A DNA stretch of 64,000 nucleotides from Pseudobdellovibrionaceae bacterium (GTDB taxonomy: Bacteria; Bdellovibrionota; Bdellovibrionia; Bdellovibrionales; Bdellovibrionaceae). How positions within the stretch are numbered: the stretch's first letter is position 1; the number at the start of each line of letters is the position of its first letter. The stretch covers positions 19,201 to 83,200 of the forward strand of contig JANPOT010000022.1 in assembly GCA_031428135.1 (NCBI GenBank), given 5' to 3'. Positions 38,716 to 47,315 of this stretch are shown here, piece after piece. A program made the translations under genes and the position numbers. A model generated the notes under the pieces. It did no database searches. It was not told where the DNA came from and was given only the letters and a program-made list of their open reading frames with translations.

Positions 38716-39551
38716 TGCAAGCTGAACAGCAGCAAATTAAAAAAAATTTTACAGAGCGCCCCGTTGTCTATGACTACGGGGCGCCCAATGAATTTTTTTC
38801 TGATTTACTATTGTATTACAAAAAAAATAGTTCGTTTAGTCTTCGGCAAAGAACAGCAAAAGTTGGGCTTTGCTCTCAAGCCCTGGTTTCGCATATTCTG
38901 CAAGGCAAACGAAAACTGACGCGTGATAATTTATCGGAAATTTCAGAAATTTTCAAACTTACTAAACATGAATTTGAATTTTTAGACAAAAAAATTACAG
39001 CACGATTTCACAAAATTGATTCCAATGAAAATTTGACTACAACAGGTATGCCTCGATTGCCAAAAAACCATTTGCTGTCTGACTGGGCCAATCCATATGT
39101 CAAAGACCTTGTTAATTTAAAGGGCTTTAGCATAGATACAGAAACTATTTTTAGCATGCTTCACGGATTTATACCTTTAACAAAAATTAAAAAGTCTGTG
39201 GATTTTTTATTCAAAGAAGGATTTTGGAAAACCACGCCAAATGGTAAAATAGTTTTGGATGATGCCGCAGTCACAACTACAAATGGAATTGCTAATGATA
39301 AAATAAGGAGCTTTCACAGCAAAGCCATCGAAACTGCATTGGTTGGGTTAAAAACACTGCCCGTTCATCAGCGCAAAGCATCGACAGTTCTGCTCTCAGT
39401 TGATGACTGTAAAATGGATGAACTTCGAGGAATTATTGATTTATTCCAAAAACAGCTTCTTGATTTTATTGAAAAACATCCGAACGGACAAGATTCACTC
39501 GTTCAAATTACGACACATTTGACACCGATAGGAAAATCGTATGATAAATAA
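38715..39551 (+). CDS. TIGR02147 (DUF4423) family HTH protein
   Basis: FSLRQ..HILQGKRKLT HTH; IRSFH, V.Q.TTHLTP C-terminus typical of the family. Confidence 0.85.
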   Translation: MQAEQQQIKKNFTERPVVYDYGAPNEFFSDLLLYYKKNSSFSLRQRTAKVGLCSQALVSHILQGKRKLTRDNLSEISEIFKLTKHEFEFLDKKITARFHKIDSNENLTTTGMPRLPKNHLLSDWANPYVKDLVNLKGFSIDTETIFSMLHGFIPLTKIKKSVDFLFKEGFWKTTPNGKIVLDDAAVTTTNGIANDKIRSFHSKAIETALVGLKTLPVHQRKASTVLLSVDDCKMDELRGIIDLFQKQLLDFIEKHPNGQDSLVQITTHLTPIGKSYDK

Positions 39552-40617
39552 ATTTTTTATTTTTTTATTTTTATTATTTATTTTTATAAAACCATACGTA
39601 TTTGCTGGAGGCACAGTTGTTGGCAATGGTGGCGATCCAGTCTTTGAATTTCTAGAAACAGCTCGGTTTTCAATGATCGAATCAATTAAGTATTTAATAA
39701 GTAAAGCCGAAGAACAAACTCAATTTTGCGAAAAAAAATCATTGAACACAGACCAAATTGAATTTTGCCGAAAATACTTTGTGACTTTGGCGCCTGAAAT
39801 CCTAAGGCTGAGCCAAGGCAAAGATAAGACTTTTTTTGTACTACGCGAAGATCATTTAAAAGTGATTGGACCAGATGGAAAACCAATGATCGTTGCAGCA
39901 AGAACAAATTTAGGACCGCTTGGCCCCATCGAATTTCATCGTGATTCAGTAAAAACATTATTGCCAACACAAGTTCTTTTTTTAATGATCCATGAGTTTC
40001 AACACAAATCTAATTTTGATGGCATTGCCATTACCGACAACGATCCGATCGGACCTTTTACGCATGGACGTGATTTAATTGATGCGGCCTCTGAATCGCT
40101 TGTCGCTTTAGCTCGAAGAAATGGCAAGGTCTGAACCCAGTTCAGTATACGAGATATTTTCGATTGCATGATCAGTACTGGATCAAATTCATTCGGCGCT
40201 ACTGTATCAACTGCACGCATTTTTAAAACTTCAGATCTCATGTCTTATAATACAAGTCTTGGAAAAAATCCGGCTGAGCGCCCTATTTATATTACTGAAA
40301 CAAATAACAATTCTTTAGTTTTAAAATTTGATATCACTGAGCCAAATAACTGTGGCGATCCGAATGTTTTAAGGTCTCTAAAAGTACAAATTATTAGAGC
40401 AACTAAATTAAATGATGGCTTAACAAAAGAAGATATTATCTCAGAAATACAATCATCAAATAATCCCATATGCCCAGGCTCAAATCCAAAATTTGAAATT
40501 TCAACAGGACAACTCATTTTTTCTTGTACTTACTTTGGCACACAAGGAACATCATCTTCTGGATTTAATTTAAAATCCAAATTATACGGAGGATTAACAA
40601 ATAACCATGCACCTTAA
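39541..40617 (+). pseudogene. Secreted protein interrupted by an in-frame TGA at 40132-40134
   Basis: ORFs 39541..40134 and 40168..40617 share one frame; only one stop separates them; N-terminus has signal peptide + GGTVVGNGGD. Confidence 0.65.
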
Positions 40618-41095
40618 ACATTTATTTGAAAAATTAAATAGTGCAATTGAGTTGGAAAACAATGATCGCCGCGACAACTCGACAGTAGCAATTAAAAAAG
40701 CGTTGATCACAATCCTGGGACAAACTTCGCTACTAATTGATGAACGAGTCGCTGTTGCCATAGATCTTGCTGCAACAAGTGATTTGGATGCGCTTGTAAC
40801 CGCGGAATATTTTGTTCAACAAAAATTTGCTGAATTGCTTAAAAATGAAGGACTTATTCTAGATACAGACAGCCCTTACATTTTTTTACCAAAGAACCAT
40901 ACTTTTGATCCAGTCTATGATTTTGAATTTCTACAGGTCTCAAAAATAGATGCAGAGTCTGCTCTCGTCTCCAAAGCTGTTAAGGCGGCCCACAAAAACA
41001 AAGAACTCATTAAAGACGCCCTCGCGTCGGGATTGTTTTTGACGTTAAAACAGCGTATTATAGACGAAGGCGGAGACATTCAATTTTTTGAATGA
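40607..41095 (+). CDS. Putative nucleotidyltransferase (DUF6036-like)
   Basis: ILGQTSLL…ATSDLDA fits the G-[x]n-T-x-D-h-D pol-beta signature; LVSKAVKA C-terminal helix. Confidence 0.55.
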   Translation: MHLKHLFEKLNSAIELENNDRRDNSTVAIKKALITILGQTSLLIDERVAVAIDLAATSDLDALVTAEYFVQQKFAELLKNEGLILDTDSPYIFLPKNHTFDPVYDFEFLQVSKIDAESALVSKAVKAAHKNKELIKDALASGLFLTLKQRIIDEGGDIQFFE

Positions 41096-41104
41096 ATATT
41101 CTAT

Positions 41105-41461
41105 ATGGATCAAAATACAACAAAAACAACAGCAAAAGAAATTCGCCGAACAGAACGATTCGGAAAAGTACTTGATATTTTAGCCCATGCCCGATTATTA
41201 AAAACTAATTATCACAAGCCAAAAAAACCAACCCCAATTAATGTTGTTGATTTTATATGGGCTGGCGAATTTGAACCACGGATTTGGGAAGTTTTACCAG
41301 CTGCGATAATTCATTTTCCAGAATTATTTTTAGGTAAAAATAAAGAATTTGACCAGATTATTTTAGCCATTAAAAATAAAAAAGATGATGGACCAGATTA
41401 TCAATTCATCAAATTTGATGACATGAAAAAATGGTTTTTGTTTTTAAACAATCGAATTTAA
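41105..41461 (+). CDS. Hypothetical protein, probable partner of the upstream NTase
   Basis: 9 nt after the NTase stop; WAGEFEPRIWEVLPAAII core. Confidence 0.6.
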   Translation: MDQNTTKTTAKEIRRTERFGKVLDILAHARLLKTNYHKPKKPTPINVVDFIWAGEFEPRIWEVLPAAIIHFPELFLGKNKEFDQIILAIKNKKDDGPDYQFIKFDDMKKWFLFLNNRI

Positions 41462-41468
41462 TTCAATA

Positions 41469-41773
41469 AAAAGTGCTTCTCGCAGAAATTCAGCATCCGT
41501 GAAGGATTTAGTCCGCTACATACAGGCCGTATCTCAGTCACTAGTCCTTGGTCTGCTTGTACATGTTGGTAACCTCGGAGAGCATTAAATCCTTATAAAA
41601 CTTTTAAATGTGAACATATGACGATAATAAGTAAAATAACCCTTAAAATCATTATAGTGATCACTAAAAATTGTCGAATAGATTCATACCAACGAATCAT
41701 TCCGGACCTAATTCCTTTCTCGGAACTTAAGTCCTTCAAAAGTGAATACTGCGAGAAGCAGTATTCACTTTTG
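41469..41773. repeat. Cluster of nested inverted repeats
   Basis: 16-bp perfect hairpin 41737-41773; hairpin 41704-41734; TGCTTCTCGCAG (41474) vs CTGCGAGAAGCA (41749); AAGGATTTA (41502) vs TAAATCCTT (41586). Confidence 0.7.
41737..41773. terminator. Probable bidirectional terminator
   Basis: CAAAAGTGAATACTGC-gagaa-GCAGTATTCACTTTTG just downstream of the DUF1993 gene. Confidence 0.7.
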
Positions 41774-41795
41774 CTTTTATCATGCCTGATTTAAT

Positions 41796-42314
41796 TTACT
41801 TGGTTTTCCAATTCTGGTTCCCCAAAAAATCAGCTTTGCCTAAATCAACGCCGTTAGCTCTGAAAATGGCATAGGCCATTGATGTATGAAAATAAAAATT
41901 GGGCATTGCGTGCTGAACTAAGAAATCTTTTCCGTTTAAAGTTTTTCCGGGCATCCAAGGAAATTCAACAGTTTTTGTTTCATAACCATTGAACTGTTCT
42001 GGTTTAAAACCTTCAAGAAACGCCATCGTTTTTTGAATGCGGTTCATGTAATCGTCAAATGATTTTTCTGTGTCTTCGAAGATGGGTGCGGTAACACCCG
42101 TTAATCGTGATGCTGCACCTTTGGCAACGTCACATGCAATTTGGATTTGTTTTCCCAAAGGCAACATATCCGGAGCCAGCCTGGTTTGAAAAAATGTTTC
42201 CATTTCAATTTTTTTAGGTTCAGCCCAAGTTTTAGATTTTGATAAAATATTTTTGAGGGCGTTTAAAGTTAACATGAATTGTGGAACTGTTGTTTCAAAG
42301 ACTGTGATTTGCAT
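41796..42314 (-). CDS. DUF1993 family protein
   Basis: RLAPDMLPL..QIQIACD, PNFYFHTSMAYAIFR..GV.LGK.DFLG. Confidence 0.92.
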   Translation of the reverse strand: MQITVFETTVPQFMLTLNALKNILSKSKTWAEPKKIEMETFFQTRLAPDMLPLGKQIQIACDVAKGAASRLTGVTAPIFEDTEKSFDDYMNRIQKTMAFLEGFKPEQFNGYETKTVEFPWMPGKTLNGKDFLVQHAMPNFYFHTSMAYAIFRANGVDLGKADFLGNQNWKTK

Positions 42315-42330
42315 TTTCGATCCTTTGTTA

Positions 42331-42906
42331 TTATTTTTTTAAATTTGGATTGTATGTGTGATTACTTTTCTTTTGATTTGGGTCGTTTGCAGGCTGTTGT
42401 TTAGGTGCCTGCGGTTTGTGTTGCGGGCGTTGTTGCTGCTGCTGAGGCTGTCGTTGCTGCTGATTTTGTTGCGGTTGATCCGGCGGCTGATTGGCCTTGG
42501 GGTCATCGACTAAAATCAAAGTGTCTTGTTTGGCTTGGATGTCTTTTTGATCTTTGAATTTGACACCTTTGACTTTTTTCTGGGTGTCAACTTTGTTCAC
42601 TTGCTCTGTTAAATCAACAGTGATTGAACCAAAACAACGAACTTGGCAGCTGAGTCTTCGCCCATCTAAAAAATAACTGGTACCAATTAAATTCAATTCC
42701 GCTTTTGAAGGAGCAGGAACGTTTTGATCGCCTTCAACAATTTTTATACGACATTCAGCACAAGACGGCGTTCCGTTACAAATTGATTTTATTTTTATTC
42801 CGTTTTCCTGGGCCAATTTCAATAAACTTTTTTCTGGGTTCACATCAATTTCAATATTTTGGGGTAAAAATTTAATTTTAGGTGCTGCCATGATATGTTC
42901 GCTCAT
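42331..42906 (-). CDS. 2Fe-2S ferredoxin-domain protein with Gln/Pro-rich tail
   Basis: CNGTPSCAEC…RLSCQ. Confidence 0.85.
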   Translation of the reverse strand: MSEHIMAAPKIKFLPQNIEIDVNPEKSLLKLAQENGIKIKSICNGTPSCAECRIKIVEGDQNVPAPSKAELNLIGTSYFLDGRRLSCQVRCFGSITVDLTEQVNKVDTQKKVKGVKFKDQKDIQAKQDTLILVDDPKANQPPDQPQQNQQQRQPQQQQQRPQHKPQAPKQQPANDPNQKKSNHTYNPNLKK

Positions 42907-42908
42907 AT

Positions 42909-44126
42909 TTAATTAACCACAACTTTCGAAAACTTTTTCTTGCCGGCTTTGATAATAAAGCTTTGGCTTGGTACCAGTTTTAATTTTAATTTTGAATCTG
43001 AAATTTTTTCCTGGTCAATACTGACTGCGCCACCAGTAATTAATCGGGTCGCCTCGCCGTTTGAATCTGACAAACCGGCTTTGGTCATCAATTGAACCAA
43101 ACCAATTTCTTGGGAATCAATTTTAAATTCAGGAATTGTATCGGGCAAACCCTTATCAACAAAAATACGGTTAAATTCATCTTCAGCATTTTGTGCCGCA
43201 GTCGCAGAATGAAAACGCTGAACCAGAAATTTAGCTAATGCAACTTTGACTTCGCGGGGGTGTTTATTTTTCGACTGAACATCAGTTTTTAATTTAATGA
43301 CTTCAGCTGGCTTTAAATCAGTTAACAGTTCGTACCACCGAAACATCAAATCATCCGATATTCGCATGGTTTTTCCGAACATATCCTTAGCCGATTCATT
43401 GACGCCAATGTAATTATCCAATGATTTTGACATTTTTTGAATACCATCAAGGCCTTCTAAAATGGGCATCGTTAAAATACATTGCGGCGCTTGTCCATAG
43501 GCAGATTGTAAATCCCGACCAACAAGTAAATTAAATTTTTGATCTGTGCCGCCCAATTCAAGGTCTGTGTTTAATGCAACGGAATCATAGCCTTGACATA
43601 AGGGATACATAAATTCGTGCAAGCTGATGGGCGTTCCTGATTTGTAACGATTGGTAAAATCATCGCGTTCAAGCATCTGAGCCACAGTGTACTGCGCAGA
43701 CAATTTGATAAAATCAATGGATGTCATTTTTAATAGCCAAGTTGAATTATAAACAATTTCTGTGCGCTCTGGGTCTAAGATTTTAAAAATTTGTTCAGCA
43801 TAACTTTTTGAATTTTCATTAATTTCATCTCTGGATAATATCGGACGTGTCGTGTTTTTGCCCGTCGGATCACCAATCAGCGCTGTGAAATCACCAATTA
43901 AAAATTGGATATGATGGCCCAAATCTTGTAATACTTTTAATTTATTAATAACAACCGTGTGTCCCAAATGAATATCCGGGCGATTGGGGTCCGCACCCAA
44001 TTTAATTTTTAATGGTTTTTTAATTTCAGAACTTTTTTTAAGTTTTTTCAAAAAATCAGCATCTGTGATAAAATCAACAGCACCAAATTTAATTCTTTCA
44101 AGTTGTTCTTGCGGATCTAAAAACAT
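42909..44126 (-). CDS. tyrS: Tyrosine--tRNA ligase
   Basis: [25 protein letters not shown]4 domain; start reassigned to ATG 44126. Confidence 0.96.
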   Translation of the reverse strand: MFLDPQEQLERIKFGAVDFITDADFLKKLKKSSEIKKPLKIKLGADPNRPDIHLGHTVVINKLKVLQDLGHHIQFLIGDFTALIGDPTGKNTTRPILSRDEINENSKSYAEQIFKILDPERTEIVYNSTWLLKMTSIDFIKLSAQYTVAQMLERDDFTNRYKSGTPISLHEFMYPLCQGYDSVALNTDLELGGTDQKFNLLVGRDLQSAYGQAPQCILTMPILEGLDGIQKMSKSLDNYIGVNESAKDMFGKTMRISDDLMFRWYELLTDLKPAEVIKLKTDVQSKNKHPREVKVALAKFLVQRFHSATAAQNAEDEFNRIFVDKGLPDTIPEFKIDSQEIGLVQLMTKAGLSDSNGEATRLITGGAVSIDQEKISDSKLKLKLVPSQSFIIKAGKKKFSKVVVN

Positions 44127-44127
44127 A

Positions 44128-45693
44128 TTATCTCGCCATCTCCACCGCGCGAGTTTCACGAACAACAGTGACTTTCACACTGCCCGCATTTGGCAATTCA
44201 CGTTCAATTTTTTTAATAATATCACGGGCTAACATTTGCGATTGGTCGTCTGTCACTTTAGCACTTTCAACTAAGACGCGAACTTCTCGGCCAGCTTGAA
44301 CAGCGACTGATTTAATAACTCCGTCAAAAGAATTCGAAACACTTTCCAAGTCTTTCAGACGATTAATGAAATTATCCATTTGTGGACGACGTGCGCCCGG
44401 ACGCGAATTCGATAAAATATTTGCTGCATGAATGATCCACGCTAAAATCGAAGAATGTTTTTCTTCGTCATGATGTGCACCAATGGCATGGCAAACTTCT
44501 TCGGATTCACCGAATTTTTTTGCAAGGTCTGCTGCAACTGCCGCATGATTACCTTCGTGCGTGTGATCAGACGCAAGTCCAATGTCATGTAAAATTCCAG
44601 CACGCTTTGCTAATTTAACGTTGTACCCAAGCTCAGCCGCCAAAAGCGATGCGATATGAGCGACTTCCATGGAATGATTCAAAGCATTCTGTGCATGTGT
44701 ACTGCGATATTTTAAACCACCAATTAATTTAACCAATTCATTGTGTAAACCTGTGATTCCAAGTTCAACGACCACTTTGTCGCCTTCCTCTTTCATCGAT
44801 TTTTGCAATTCAGATCTTTGTTTTTCAACAACCTCTTCGATGCGTGCAGGATGCACGCGGCCGTCCTCCATTAATTTATCAATTGTTCTTCTGGCCAACT
44901 CACGTCTGACAGGATCAAAACCAGAAATAACAATTGTTTCAGGAGTATCATCAACAATTAAATCCACACCACACATTGCTTCCAGTGTCCGAATATTACG
45001 GCCTTCACGACCAATAATTTTACATTTCATCTCGTCTGATGTTAAACTCATCACAGAAACAGTCCGTTCTGACGTATATTCAGATGCGAAACGCGCCAGT
45101 GCTCTGGCGATAACTGCTTTTGATTTTTGTGCGGCTTCTTTGTTGGCGTCTTCTTCAATTTCCGAAATACGCTGAGAAGCTTCTTTTTTGGCTGCGTCTT
45201 CCATCACTAAAAATAATTCACGCTTGGCTTGGTCTTGGGACATACCAGCCACATTTTCTAATTTTTTTTGTAAAAATAAAATTTGATCTTCGGTTGCTTT
45301 TTCAACGTCTTTTAAACGATTTTCTGAAATTGCAATTTTTTCGGCGCGGTCTTTTAATTGAAGACCTAATTTATCATTTTCATCATTACGTTGTTTGTGT
45401 TGGTCTTCGACTTCTTTCAGACGACGCTCAAGTTGCGTTTCTTTGTTTTTTAAAGTTGATTTTTGTTTATTGATTTCAGTTTCTGCTGTCCGGCGCGCTT
45501 TGGTTTCAAAATCTTTTGATTTTAATTCTGAATCCTTTTTGATTTTTGCAGATTCAGATTGTGCTTTTTGAATAATTTTCTGAGCCTCTGACTGTGCGGT
45601 TTTACGTGTATTTTGTTCTTGAATGCGTTTAAATGCGAACATTCCAAATGTTCCCAAAATTAATCCGACAATTGCGGCAATAATCATTTCCAT
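44128..45693 (-). CDS. rny: Ribonuclease Y
   Basis: N-terminal TM, coiled coil, KH ([10 protein letters not shown]), HD (LHDIG), [14 protein letters not shown]. Confidence 0.92.
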   Translation of the reverse strand: MEMIIAAIVGLILGTFGMFAFKRIQEQNTRKTAQSEAQKIIQKAQSESAKIKKDSELKSKDFETKARRTAETEINKQKSTLKNKETQLERRLKEVEDQHKQRNDENDKLGLQLKDRAEKIAISENRLKDVEKATEDQILFLQKKLENVAGMSQDQAKRELFLVMEDAAKKEASQRISEIEEDANKEAAQKSKAVIARALARFASEYTSERTVSVMSLTSDEMKCKIIGREGRNIRTLEAMCGVDLIVDDTPETIVISGFDPVRRELARRTIDKLMEDGRVHPARIEEVVEKQRSELQKSMKEEGDKVVVELGITGLHNELVKLIGGLKYRSTHAQNALNHSMEVAHIASLLAAELGYNVKLAKRAGILHDIGLASDHTHEGNHAAVAADLAKKFGESEEVCHAIGAHHDEEKHSSILAWIIHAANILSNSRPGARRPQMDNFINRLKDLESVSNSFDGVIKSVAVQAGREVRVLVESAKVTDDQSQMLARDIIKKIERELPNAGSVKVTVVRETRAVEMAR

Positions 45694-45694
45694 T

Positions 45695-46258
45695 TTATTT
45701 TTCTCCTGTATGTAATACTTGAACGTCTGTAATTATATAATCCATTTTTAAATCGTGAGGTTCGTACGGAACATCACTTGATAAACAAAAATCAAAACAA
45801 AGACCAACTTTGGGTCCCAAAAATTGCGCGAACGTCTGGTCATAAAAACCACGACCACGGCCCAAGCGGTAACCTTCTGAATGAAAACCAATGCCAGGAA
45901 CACAAACGCCGGTCATATGATCCAAATCAATCAAAGTGCCGTCCTGGGGCTCTTGGACATTCAACACAGATTGCGTAAATAATTTTGAACCTGAAAAAAA
46001 ATGCAATTTATTCAGTGTTGTTTTTGGGTAACACCAATCAATATTTGGTATTTTTTGAAATTCTATTTGTGGTTCAGAGGCCAGGGGTTGATAACAGCCC
46101 CAAGAGCCTGCGGCCATCATCGATGCTGAATTCATCAGTTTTTGCAAATTGAGAAAAATTAAATTTGATTTTTGATTTTTTTCAGAATCAGACATCAAAT
46201 GAATATTTGAAATAGCATTATTTCTAAAATGTTTTTTTTCGAACAACACAAGCTCCAA
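45695..46258 (-). CDS. ygfA: 5-formyltetrahydrofolate cyclo-ligase
   Basis: VPGIGF..GYRLGRGRGFYD, EPHDLKMDYIIT. Confidence 0.92.
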   Translation of the reverse strand: MELVLFEKKHFRNNAISNIHLMSDSEKNQKSNLIFLNLQKLMNSASMMAAGSWGCYQPLASEPQIEFQKIPNIDWCYPKTTLNKLHFFSGSKLFTQSVLNVQEPQDGTLIDLDHMTGVCVPGIGFHSEGYRLGRGRGFYDQTFAQFLGPKVGLCFDFCLSSDVPYEPHDLKMDYIITDVQVLHTGEK

Positions 46259-46277
46259 AAATGAATAAAGTTATACC

Positions 46278-46610
46278 TTAGTTCCAGTTCACTTTATTCA
46301 TTTTCGAATTTTCAATATCTTCGGATAACTTTTGAGCTTTAAGTTCTAATTTTTCAAGTTCAGCCTGAGCACGTTTTTTGAGTAACAACATTTCTTCGGC
46401 CATATTTAATGCAGCCAATACCGCTGCATTTTGAAAAGAACCATTCTTTGTGGCTTTCATTGCTTCAGAAACTTTTGAATTTACAAGCAGCACGAGTTCT
46501 TCGACGATTTTTTCGTCATGCGAAGTTTTTATTTTGTATGAAACGCCTGCAATTTTAAAATCAAAAGTTCTTTTTTTAAGATTATTATCTTTGACTGAAG
46601 GTTGGGCCAT
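46278..46610 (-). CDS. zapA: Cell division protein ZapA
   Basis: FKIAGVSYKI, AAVLAALNMAEE, C-terminal coiled coil; conserved synteny. Confidence 0.9.
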   Translation of the reverse strand: MAQPSVKDNNLKKRTFDFKIAGVSYKIKTSHDEKIVEELVLLVNSKVSEAMKATKNGSFQNAAVLAALNMAEEMLLLKKRAQAELEKLELKAQKLSEDIENSKMNKVNWN

Positions 46611-46750
46611 AATTTTTTAAAGTCTTTCTGATATGAATTCTGTGATGATAAAGTCTTGAAATCATTATAGAAGTCCTATGATTTGGCGCAAGTCTTAAAT
46701 CATATTTATGGACTTTTAGAGTCATTTATTAAGAACACGCAGCATAAATG

Positions 46751-47302
46751 CTACGGCTTATTACACAGACAAATTTCAGAGCTATTCACAATTTGGCAGT
46801 CTAATATTTTTGGATTTTTTTCTGAATTGATTTTAAATTGCGTAATTTTGTCGTCTATCCGAACTATTTCGAATTTAAAGCCATTTTCGCGAATTTCGAG
46901 CGATTTTTTCCAGTTTTTTTCAATATTTGTATTTAAAATCAGCTTACTTATTAACATTTGTGTTGTCTGATTTTTTTGACGCGCTTCGCTAAGTATTGGC
47001 GTATGCACATCGTCTTTGTCGATCTTAAAAATCTCTACGTTGTCATTTGTAACTTTGATTTTGCGGTTTTCATTTTTTATACGAAAAAATAATTCCTGAT
47101 AAATAATTTTTTCAGAAATCAGTAAATATTTTTTTTGTACAGACGAATACAATAGTGAAAAATTTTTAACATTCTGAAGATCTGATATATTTATTTTGCA
47201 ATCATTGATCTGGTTTTGAAACGAAGACAACTGAACCGATTTGTCTTTGGACCAAACGATACTATTTGAAAAAATAAAAAACAGACAGGCGACATATTTC
47301 AT
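46751..47302 (-). CDS. Secreted hypothetical protein
   Basis: Signal peptide; C-terminal Cys cluster. Confidence 0.7.
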   Translation of the reverse strand: MKYVACLFFIFSNSIVWSKDKSVQLSSFQNQINDCKINISDLQNVKNFSLLYSSVQKKYLLISEKIIYQELFFRIKNENRKIKVTNDNVEIFKIDKDDVHTPILSEARQKNQTTQMLISKLILNTNIEKNWKKSLEIRENGFKFEIVRIDDKITQFKINSEKNPKILDCQIVNSSEICLCNKP

Positions 47303-47315
47303 TCGCTAAATCGTA

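Noticed and set aside
40132-40170. Selenocysteine recoding of the in-frame TGA
   Set aside because: No SECIS-like hairpin is evident directly downstream and there is no redox motif context.
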